Shown here one piece after another: positions 35,537 to 42,576 of a stretch of DNA of 42,576 nucleotides. Origin of the DNA: a virus (taxonomy: Duplodnaviria; Caudoviricetes). Within the stretch, counting starts at the first letter, position 1. Each line of letters starts with the position of its first letter. Below the pieces are notes generated by a model. That model had not been told where the DNA came from. It searched no databases and worked only from the letters and a program-made list of their open reading frames with translations. The DNA lies in the IMG/VR virus record IMGVR_UViG_3300032272_000029, positions 1-42,576 of that record; one strand, written 5' to 3'. Made by a program: the position numbers and the translations under genes.

Positions 35537-36280
35537 TCAATACTTCACCTCGAGTCTGCGGTCGTAAGGTCCGTCGTAGCCCAGGTCCACGAGGGCCCCG
35601 ATGAGCTTCTTGTACTCCCCGATAGCCTTCTTGTGGGCGACGTGGCGCTTGTCCCGGTAGGCCTCAGAGGCCGTGAGCTCCAGGGTCTGGTTCTTGATGG
35701 ACTGAGCGTCCACCCCTCCTTCTGACGGCACTCCGGTAGGGGTCCTTCCCTGTGCGGTGAGCGAGGCCACCTGGTGAAACATATCCAGCATGGCCGGGTG
35801 GCTACCCAGCCCTGTGGACTCCATGAGGGTTCCCAGGTCCGGGTTGTCCAGGGCGATCTTGTCGAACGCCTCCTTCGCCAGGGCGTGGACCTCCTCGAAC
35901 TTGGCTCCGTAGGTCTCCTCAGCCTTGGCACGCCAGGCCGCCTCCTGCTCCTTGGTGCTCTCAAGGCGCTGAGCGAGGGCTGCCTCCTGACCCGCGGACA
36001 GGTTGGTGACCAGGTCGTCCCACTGCCCAACGGTGCCCTTCTTCTCGAAGAAGCCCTGGCGGACCTTCTCGAGCGTGCTCTTCGTGGCGTCGTTCACTCC
36101 CTCAGGGAGCTTCAGCTCGTCCACGGACTGCGCGCCCCGAGCGGAGACGTAGTCCTCGACCTTGCTCGAGAGAGCCTTCTTCGTTTCAACGAGTGCCGCC
36201 GCCACCGCTGTGTTGTCGGCGTAGCGGGCGATCATATCCCGGCCCTCGAAATCGTCTGGTAAGCCTTCAGCTGCGGTCAT
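35537..36280 (-). CDS. Capsid scaffolding protein
   Basis: STGLGSHPAMLDMF and AYRDKRHVAH motifs; start ATG at 36280; between portal and capsid. Confidence 0.8.
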   Translation of the reverse strand: MTAAEGLPDDFEGRDMIARYADNTAVAAALVETKKALSSKVEDYVSARGAQSVDELKLPEGVNDATKSTLEKVRQGFFEKKGTVGQWDDLVTNLSAGQEAALAQRLESTKEQEAAWRAKAEETYGAKFEEVHALAKEAFDKIALDNPDLGTLMESTGLGSHPAMLDMFHQVASLTAQGRTPTGVPSEGGVDAQSIKNQTLELTASEAYRDKRHVAHKKAIGEYKKLIGALVDLGYDGPYDRRLEVKY

Positions 36281-36569
36281 GTTTGATTGACTCCTGTCTG
36301 CCCAATTCACACTTCGATTCGATGATGGTGTAAGCCATTTGAAGTCCCACTGCGATGCCGAGCACCTGCGGGTCTATCGACCTAACCAACGTCCCGTCCT
36401 CACTGACTAGTGCCGTCTCCAACTGACAAAGATCCTCCTTGAGAAGGTCGAGCATTTGGTTGTCTCGTCCCACTACGAGAGTGTCGTAGTAGTACTGGTT
36501 CCTGGAACCAACAACCTCGTCGATCTCCTTGGCGATCTTGTCCGAGTCGAAGAACTCATCATGCGCCAG
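36267..36569 (-). CDS. Small conserved protein between portal and scaffold; probable CTG start
   Basis: Frame is open 32 codons upstream of the tracked GTG; GGAGG lies 9 nt before the CTG at 36569. Confidence 0.6.
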   Translation of the reverse strand: MAHDEFFDSDKIAKEIDEVVGSRNQYYYDTLVVGRDNQMLDLLKEDLCQLETALVSEDGTLVRSIDPQVLGIAVGLQMAYTIIESKCELGRQESIKHDRS

Positions 36570-38208
36570 CTTGTGCCCCCTCCACTTGCGCTACGTCCTT
36601 TGCCGCAGACGCAGCTTGCTGGATTTGGTCGAGCTGCTGCTGACGTGCCGCGGCAGCTGCCCGAGCTTCCCGTACTTCTAACATTTCCTCTTCGGTGTTC
36701 AGGATCTCTGCCGGCACGTTTCCTGCCCGCGCGTAGTAGGCCGAGATCTTGTCCGGGCTAACCCGGTCCATGTATTCCTGATTCTCCGTCTCGAGAGCCA
36801 TGACACGCAGCCGATCCAGGTAGGCGTCAACCTGACCCAGGTCACCCTGGTTCTGCGCCGTGAAGAACGGAGACACGAACCGGATCTCGAACTTGGCGCC
36901 TGGCACCTGCTCTGCGATCAGGTCGAACTCCGGGAGCTCGCCGGCAGCCTGCATGGTGGAGGCAACGTTCTCGATAATGGGAGAGAGCGCGTGGAACACA
37001 GCGTCTGCGTCTCCACCCATGCGGCGTAACCCGCGGACCTCACGCAGGGCGGACTCCTGAGCCGAACGCGGCTGAGTGTCCGGGTTGGAGATCACGTCGG
37101 CCATGAGGGCCTTGCGGATAGCCTCCTGCTCGTTCTGTCGAATCGCGTGGGTCGCAGCGAAGTCCGTCCGGGACTCCAGGTACTCAGGCCGGGAGTGGGT
37201 CGGGTTCTTGATCACGATCGCGCCACCGGAGCCGCCACTGAGGGTCTTGGGCTCAATGGAGTTGGCGTCGTACATGAGCTTCGGGTTGGCGTTCTTGGCG
37301 ACCGCCACCAGCTCCTTGCCCTTCAGGGAGTTGGCTGCCTTCGTGTCTGGGCGGATAGCGTGCCCGTGCCCGTAACCGTAGGTGTGGTCCTGGGCGATCT
37401 TCAGGCGGGAGACAACGTAGGGGTTCCAGTCGAAACCCTCGAGCTCGCCGGCAAACTCAGGCCCGTCGTCACAGACCCAGACGGAGTGCCAGGCGCGGTC
37501 CTCAGGTAGCTTCAGCCCTCCTGGGATTCCATTCTCATTCTTGATAATGCAGTTGTAGTACTTGAACTTCCGGAAGAGCTCACCGTTCCCCATAGCATCC
37601 AGGACCCGCTTGCCCGGCTTGCCCTTGAAGAACTCGTAGGCGGCGCCCGCTGGGAGCGTGAACTCTCGGGTGGTCCAGATAGGCTGGTCGTCTATCCCGT
37701 AGGTCCACCACATGTCAAAGAACGGGACAGACTTGAAGTTCATCTTGCCGAAGGTGGAGCCGGTGCGAGGGTTCACCCGCTTGTGGATCTCCTGCCCGTA
37801 GCTGATTCCGTTCCCTGGGAGGATAAGATCCCTGAGGTAGGCCTCAAGCTGTAGGTAGAAGTTCGACTCGGAGAGAGCCCTCAGCACCTTGCTGGCGCCG
37901 CGGTCAAGCAGCTGTGTCACGAAGATGTCATCGCGAAGATCCTCGTGCGCCATGAAGTGAATCCATGACATTTGCGTGGGCGCGACCTGGCCCTTGATCC
38001 ATGAGATGAAGTCCTGAGCCGCACCGCCCGCAGTAGAATCGATCACCCCCTCAATTCGGGCTCCGCCCTCTGACTTGGTGGTAACGTCGCCTCGGAAGGG
38101 CATCATGAGAGACATGATATCCCGCCAGGCGCTCTCGTGTGGGGAACGCTCCGCCTGCTGCTCGCCTATGCGGTCCATGACCTCCGCTAGGGTTTTCCGC
38201 ATAGCCAT
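36559..38208 (-). CDS. Portal (head-tail connector) protein
   Basis: DSTAG, SNFYLQL, GFDWNPYVVSR, YGYGHG, FVSP; T7 gp8-like layout. Confidence 0.92.
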   Translation of the reverse strand: MAMRKTLAEVMDRIGEQQAERSPHESAWRDIMSLMMPFRGDVTTKSEGGARIEGVIDSTAGGAAQDFISWIKGQVAPTQMSWIHFMAHEDLRDDIFVTQLLDRGASKVLRALSESNFYLQLEAYLRDLILPGNGISYGQEIHKRVNPRTGSTFGKMNFKSVPFFDMWWTYGIDDQPIWTTREFTLPAGAAYEFFKGKPGKRVLDAMGNGELFRKFKYYNCIIKNENGIPGGLKLPEDRAWHSVWVCDDGPEFAGELEGFDWNPYVVSRLKIAQDHTYGYGHGHAIRPDTKAANSLKGKELVAVAKNANPKLMYDANSIEPKTLSGGSGGAIVIKNPTHSRPEYLESRTDFAATHAIRQNEQEAIRKALMADVISNPDTQPRSAQESALREVRGLRRMGGDADAVFHALSPIIENVASTMQAAGELPEFDLIAEQVPGAKFEIRFVSPFFTAQNQGDLGQVDAYLDRLRVMALETENQEYMDRVSPDKISAYYARAGNVPAEILNTEEEMLEVREARAAAAARQQQLDQIQQAASAAKDVAQVEGAQAGA

Positions 38209-38215
38209 CTCATCC

Positions 38216-39694
38216 TCAAATCATGTCAAAGAAACAGGGGTCCTCAATCATGTACACGTCCCGGCGCTGACGCCGACCGATAGTCTCCACCACCTCTGCG
38301 AACCTCAGCATCATAACTAGCTTGTGCATGGCGTCTATGCAGTGGTCGTTCTGACCCTGCTTGACGACCCCGTCCGTGGTCCGGTAGGTCTGGATCTCGC
38401 GCCAGAGCTCGTGCAGGGAGGCGAAGAGCTTCAGGCGCCCGGAGTACATCCGGTCGTAGCACTCCGCCGTAATGCTCGTCAGGGAGCGATCCTCCTTGCC
38501 CATAGCCAGGCTGTGAGCCGACATGCCCAGCATGTTGCAGCCCAGGTTCCTGTACCGCTCCGCGATCGAGATTCCGCTGTGGGCCTCTCCGGCGCCGCGG
38601 CCACCGTCGTGCGGCCAGGCGATAGGGACGATATCCCCGTCCATGGACTTCAGCGCCTCTGCGTAGGTGGGGGTGTCCGACTCCTTGAGCTTCCTCTCAG
38701 CCGTGAGAATCAGCTGGTCGTCCTCTGGGTTCAGGTACCCCTTCACGGCAGCGAAGGTTCCGGACGTGTGCGGGAAGTCGACCCCGATCAGGCACTGCCA
38801 GTGGGTTGGAACCTCCATGTCTGGGATCACCACCTGGTCGTAGGAGACCGGGTAGACAACACCCTCACCACGGACAGGGCGCCCGCGGAGACGCGCTGAC
38901 TCCTGCGCGTGGCCCTTGTACTTGGTCTTGAGCTCCTGCTTGTCCTCGTCGGAGATGTGGTCAGCTTGGTCGATATCGTAGTAAATGATATCCGTGAGTC
39001 CGGCCTGCTGGCGCTCCTCGTCCTCGTAGTGGAGGATCAGCGGAGTCACGCCGTACAGCGGCGTCATAGCCATGTAGACGAAGCCCTTAGTGAAGTTGGT
39101 GCGAGCGGAGATCTCGTTGTAGACCTCCATGCTCTTGGGCTCTTCGTCAATCCAGATCTCGTTGAGCGGGTACCCAGCGATCCGCTCCGCATTCTGCTGA
39201 TAAGCCATACAGTAGCATTTTGACCTACCCTGGACCTTGCCGAACTCGTCGTGCCAGTCCACGTAGAAGAAGTCGATCTGCTTGTGGGTGTTGCCCCCGG
39301 CGTAGGCAATGTCCTTCTTGGGATCGAAGCAGTGAGCTGGGATGTACCCGGAGCCACGGTTGTTGTCTGGGCCCAGGAGCGGGTCGGTCAATTTGTCCCG
39401 CACAGCTACCGCGTTGTAGGCACATAGCGCACCCTCGATAGGTCCGTCGTGCCGGTGCCCCGTGTACCCCTCAGGGTAGAGGCCCGTCAGGCCGATAGTC
39501 GCCTTGACCCTCAGGATCGTGGACTTACCAGCCTGGTTCAGCCCGGAGAACATCGTCTCCCGAGCCTTGCTATTGAGGAACCGCCACTGGGTAGGGTTCG
39601 GCGGGAGGGTGTTCAGCTTGTCCTGGTCGGCGCGGCGGAGCGCCTCCCTCTCTAGCGCAAGCTCACGGGTGAGTTCCTCAAGCCGCTCACTCAT
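38216..39694 (-). CDS. terL: Terminase large subunit
   Basis: Walker A GLNQAGKST, Walker B IWIDEEP, MTPLYG, IGVDF, AWPHDG, DHCIDA; start ATG at 39694. Confidence 0.95.
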   Translation of the reverse strand: MSERLEELTRELALEREALRRADQDKLNTLPPNPTQWRFLNSKARETMFSGLNQAGKSTILRVKATIGLTGLYPEGYTGHRHDGPIEGALCAYNAVAVRDKLTDPLLGPDNNRGSGYIPAHCFDPKKDIAYAGGNTHKQIDFFYVDWHDEFGKVQGRSKCYCMAYQQNAERIAGYPLNEIWIDEEPKSMEVYNEISARTNFTKGFVYMAMTPLYGVTPLILHYEDEERQQAGLTDIIYYDIDQADHISDEDKQELKTKYKGHAQESARLRGRPVRGEGVVYPVSYDQVVIPDMEVPTHWQCLIGVDFPHTSGTFAAVKGYLNPEDDQLILTAERKLKESDTPTYAEALKSMDGDIVPIAWPHDGGRGAGEAHSGISIAERYRNLGCNMLGMSAHSLAMGKEDRSLTSITAECYDRMYSGRLKLFASLHELWREIQTYRTTDGVVKQGQNDHCIDAMHKLVMMLRFAEVVETIGRRQRRDVYMIEDPCFFDMI

Positions 39695-40130
39695 GCTCAG
39701 TAGCCTTTCTTCGGCGCCGCATGAACAGGTAACCCCCGCCGGCTGTAGCTGCGCCACCAGAACTCGCAAAGGCCACCAGCTTTGTCCATGTGATAGCGTC
39801 CTCCTTCAGCGCTGCGATAGACTCCCGGAGCTCGGCGATCTCCTCATGGTGGGTCGCCACCTCCTGGGCCTGGGAAGCCATCTTCCCGAAAGGGTACTGC
39901 GGAAACAAGTCCGCCGGCTTCACGTCGTCCAGCTGGAACGTGAGAGCAGCCCCCGCCACATATGTCTCGTCGTACTCCTCCGGCGCACCCAGGAGCTTAC
40001 CAGCCCCCACAGTGAGGTCTGTGCCCGCGCACCCGTAGAGCCCACTGAGGAAGCTACTCCCCAGCAGAAGCCAGCCCAGAGTGCTTGCGGCGGGCCGCAA
40101 TTGTGTCGTCGCGTAGCTGGTTGATGGCAA
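39687..40130 (-). CDS. Lipoprotein with C-terminal TM (unimolecular spanin candidate)
   Basis: TTG start with GGAGG 7 nt upstream; lipobox LYG-C; coiled coil; C-terminal hydrophobic helix followed by RRRRK. Confidence 0.65.
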   Translation of the reverse strand: MPSTSYATTQLRPAASTLGWLLLGSSFLSGLYGCAGTDLTVGAGKLLGAPEEYDETYVAGAALTFQLDDVKPADLFPQYPFGKMASQAQEVATHHEEIAELRESIAALKEDAITWTKLVAFASSGGAATAGGGYLFMRRRRKATEHE

Positions 40131-40602
40131 GGCGCTTCCTCCGGGTCTCGTCGATCTCCTCGAGGATCACGTCCTCGTCCAGCATCTTCTCGTCAGGAAC
40201 CTCGGTCGTCTGCAGGTGACTCTCCTTAGGAATCAGGAAAGGCATGAGCAGCTTCTGGTATTCCCGACGCTCCCGGCGCGCCTTCTCGTCGTGCCCCTCT
40301 ATAGACTTCATGTCCTCGATAAGGTCGTCGAAGAAGCCCACGTTCACCATAGCCGCACGGAACTGGGACTTAATCTCCTCGCCCGTCTTGCGGACGATCT
40401 GGTTCACCTTCTGCTTGAACCCCGACGTGTCGTACTTCCCCTTGCGAGCCAGGTCCCACTTGTCCGAGAACGCACCGTCCGTCTGGGAGGCCAGCTGGAA
40501 CTGGGCCAGAGCGACCTCGGTACGCTCCGCCGCCTCGTCCTCAGGGACTCCCAGGTTCACCAGCGACAGGAATCGGTGCTGCTTCTCTTCGTGGAAGTTC
40601 AA
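40054..40602 (-). CDS. Terminase small subunit candidate
   Basis: FLSLVNLG...EAAERTEV...DGAFSDKWDLARKG HTH pattern; upstream of TerL; probable TTG start at 40602, after a terminator. Confidence 0.65.
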   Translation of the reverse strand: MNFHEEKQHRFLSLVNLGVPEDEAAERTEVALAQFQLASQTDGAFSDKWDLARKGKYDTSGFKQKVNQIVRKTGEEIKSQFRAAMVNVGFFDDLIEDMKSIEGHDEKARRERREYQKLLMPFLIPKESHLQTTEVPDEKMLDEDVILEEIDETRRKRLAINQLRDDTIAARRKHSGLASAGE

Positions 40603-40615
40603 AGGTCCCCTAACG

Positions 40616-40649
40616 AAAAAAGGCCTACGGAGGATCACCCCCGCAGGCC
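40616..40649 (-). terminator. Intrinsic terminator upstream of TerS
   Basis: ggcctgcggggg-tgat-cctccgtaggcc-tttttt on the minus strand (12-bp stem with two G-U pairs). Confidence 0.8.
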
Positions 40650-40684
40650 AGGCAAGAACCACGCAGAGGAGCGAGGACTTATCT

Positions 40685-40975
40685 CTAAGATTCTTCTACC
40701 CCGAAAGCCACAAGGACCTCGAGCAACTGGGTGCTGAAGATCTGCACAGTGACTAGGTCCCCCGACTGGGTGAACTCCACCATGTTGATCAACTTCCCCA
40801 CGTAGTTCATCAGCTCCAGGATAGAAGGCCACGGGTACACCTCACCCAGCTCCTGCAGGTTCCCAGAACCCAGCAAGTGCTGCCCGATGAACGCCACAAG
40901 GAAAGCGTCCTCCTGGCCCGGCGTGGAAAACTGCACCAGCCGCTCCAGCCCCTGCCTCACCTGTGTCGTAGCCAT
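40685..40975 (-). CDS. Hypothetical protein (start 40975 or 41035)
   Basis: Third gene of the first late unit. Confidence 0.6.
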   Translation of the reverse strand: MATTQVRQGLERLVQFSTPGQEDAFLVAFIGQHLLGSGNLQELGEVYPWPSILELMNYVGKLINMVEFTQSGDLVTVQIFSTQLLEVLVAFGVEES

Positions 40976-41037
40976 AGCGTCTTCCCAAATCCAGTGGAGC
41001 CCCCAGGCCCCCTCGTTCTCACTAGCCGTCAGCAACC

Positions 41038-41361
41038 CTACACCACCAGGTGGAGGTGCACCGTCGTACTCGCCCCGCCGTAAGGGAAGAAACTCAGCTT
41101 CGTGCCGCTCTCCACCCGCATGACGTGCACCTTACCGCCCTCGAACAACATATCGTTGCTGTCAGCAGTAGCGTCCAACACCACATGCACAGGGTTCGTC
41201 GCGTAGAACATCGCTGCGCCGTCAGACGAGAAAGCAGACGTCTGCGTCCGCGCTGTAGTCGCCGTCGTAGGGAAAGGAGCCACCACCGCACCAGGACGCG
41301 GGAAGTGAATCTCCTCGTAGGAGGCCCGGTTCCGATCCTTAGTCTCTGTCCAGTCTGCCAT
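41038..41361 (-). CDS. Small beta-rich virion-type protein, paralog of 41373-41642
   Basis: MFYATNPVHVVLDATADSNDMLFEGGKVHVMRV; SD aggagagg. Confidence 0.75.
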   Translation of the reverse strand: MADWTETKDRNRASYEEIHFPRPGAVVAPFPTTATTARTQTSAFSSDGAAMFYATNPVHVVLDATADSNDMLFEGGKVHVMRVESGTKLSFFPYGGASTTVHLHLVV

Positions 41362-41372
41362 GGAACCCTCTC

Positions 41373-41642
41373 CTACTTCACCTGCTGCACGTAAACCGTC
41401 GAAGACGTAGTGTTTAGGACGCTGATAATAGACGGCGGGTGAACGTTCACAAAGTGGTTCACACCAGCAGCCATACGCATGTCGTTCGCCGTAGCCGTCG
41501 CTCCCGTAGCCTTGAAGTAGAAGTCGTTCACACAGAACAACATCAACGTACCACCCACAGGGTCGTCAGAATCCACAGCCGTCGCAGCCACAGTCTGCGG
41601 GAAGGAAGCTACCGCATCACCCATCCGAGGGACAAAACTCAC
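41373..41642 (-). CDS. Small beta-rich virion-type protein
   Basis: MLFCVNDFYFKATGATATANDMRMAAGVNHFVNV; SD aggag. Confidence 0.75.
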   Translation of the reverse strand: MSFVPRMGDAVASFPQTVAATAVDSDDPVGGTLMLFCVNDFYFKATGATATANDMRMAAGVNHFVNVHPPSIISVLNTTSSTVYVQQVK

Positions 41643-41656
41643 TACCCGCTCCTGTC

Positions 41657-41695
41657 AGAAAGAAAACCAGGGGGCCCCGGCAGCGCCTGCCCCCC
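41657..41695 (-). terminator. Terminator-like hairpin in the late leader
   Basis: gggggc...gccccc followed by tggttttctttct, just before the first late SD. Confidence 0.5.
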
Positions 41696-41821
41696 AAAGA
41701 CGTTCGCAACCAACGCACCGTACTAGAACGCCGGAACTGCCTACACTACTCTTCTTCTAAAGATGATTCCCCCCGTTATTAGCTCGCTGCGCTCACTAAT
41801 AACTACCCCCCCAGGACCCCA

Positions 41822-41852
41822 ATTATACACCTACCGTCAAACCCAAAATCAA
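41822..41852 (-). promoter_or_regulatory. Candidate late promoter
   Basis: Perfect TATAAT (41827-41822) with TTGATT 19 nt upstream and TTGACG 7 nt upstream; spacing is non-canonical. Confidence 0.4.
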
Positions 41853-42044
41853 CCCAGTACCTCAAGTCACAAAACCACCAACCCTTAGCGCTTTTATTTT
41901 TTGGGATCAAGATAAGAGAATCCTCCCTGTTGACTTTACGCATAGGGTGGGGAGAGGGTTATTTTACGGGCGGGATATATATCAAGAATGCGCGATCGCG
42001 ATGGGGGGCCGGCACCCCTTCTCGAGACCCCCAGAAAAAAGATG

Positions 42045-42120
42045 CAATGCATCATTCAATGCATCGTCAATGCTTCAACCAATGCCTATGCGATGACCGA
42101 GTCAATGCTCCAATCAATGC
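42045..42120. repeat. Phased CAATGC hexamer array
   Basis: CAATGC at 42045, 42057, 42068, 42080, 42103 and 42115, with a degenerate CGATGA at 42091. Confidence 0.8.
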
Positions 42121-42449
42121 ATGATTAAGGACGATAATAACTATTAGCAGCCCTAAAAAACGCGCTACAACGAAGCTATCTTGCCAGCACCGCGACACGC
42201 GCTATGCGATTATGGCAACGAAACGGTTGACTAACGGTACAATTGGCGTCTTTTTCTAGCCGCGCGTACTCAACCTGGACTCTGCTATCGCTTTCTTTAC
42301 TTGGGACTGCTACTTTTCGGGCGCCCAAAGCCACATCGTCCCCCTAGGGTGACATCCCCCCTTTCCCAACCCAAAACCCAGAGTGCGTTGCCTACGCCAC
42401 CTCCGTTGCCCCATAAATCTAGCCGCGTAAATCACGTTGGTTTGGTAGA

Positions 42450-42576
42450 CTTACAGTTTTTCGGACATTTCATGCTTGAAGAACCCTTGTATTGAGCGAT
42501 CCTGATAGAGCGTCGACCGGGAGTACCACCTGACGGCGCGCGCCAACTTCACCACCTCCTGAAAGGGGAGACCCAT
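42450..42576. repeat. Terminal direct repeat, right copy
   Basis: Exact copy of 1-127. Confidence 0.95.

Noticed and set aside
16644-40756. Numerous + strand ORFs in the late arm (e.g. 19017-19682, 22488-23087, 39504-40124)
   Set aside because: Ser/Arg-rich antisense shadows of long structural genes, expected at this GC content.
126-41642. Alternative genetic code
   Set aside because: Genes are full length and densely coupled under code 11, and TAA, TAG and TGA all serve as stops.
41782-41795. 12-nt similarity (gagcgcagcgag on the minus strand) to the ColE1 primosome-assembly region as I recall it
   Set aside because: Too short to distinguish from chance, and flanking pas elements are absent.
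42227-42243. TTGACT-5 nt-TACAAT as the early promoter
   Set aside because: Spacing is incompatible with sigma70; I could not place the early promoter confidently.
42427-42454. Imperfect inverted repeat gtaaatc...gacttac as an att/dif or operator site
   Set aside because: Single degenerate copy, and no integrase is present to support it.

Overview
The window is an apparently complete, circularly assembled tailed-phage genome of about 42,449 bp; bases 1-127 recur exactly at 42450-42576. It has two convergent arms. The + strand (126-15893) carries early and replication genes: small hypotheticals, a C5 DNA methyltransferase, Fis- and XRE-type HTH regulators, YqaJ exonuclease, RecT, a lambda-O-like HTH initiator with internal iterons, DnaB helicase and a PD-(D/E)XK nuclease. 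The - strand (41642 down to 15964) carries a podovirus-type morphogenesis arm: TerS, TerL, portal, scaffold, major capsid, decoration/fibre proteins, tail tubular A and B, three internal virion proteins, a holin-like protein and a lipoprotein. I could not recognise an RNA polymerase, DNA polymerase, integrase, tRNA, CRISPR array or endolysin. The most unusual items are: (1) the tail adaptor (tubular protein A) is the C-terminal domain of a 1715-aa chain carrying two LamG domains, a malectin-like domain and a beta-helix on a repeat shaft; (2) the methyltransferase appears split over two nested overlapping reading frames, as in M.EcoHK31I; (3) an apparently dead, stand-alone terminase-ATPase-like protein sits in the early arm and could be an immune decoy; (4) two lipoprotein-plus-C-terminal-TM proteins (u-spanin topology) are present without a visible endolysin. 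All family assignments come from motif recognition by eye and synteny; no database searches were run.
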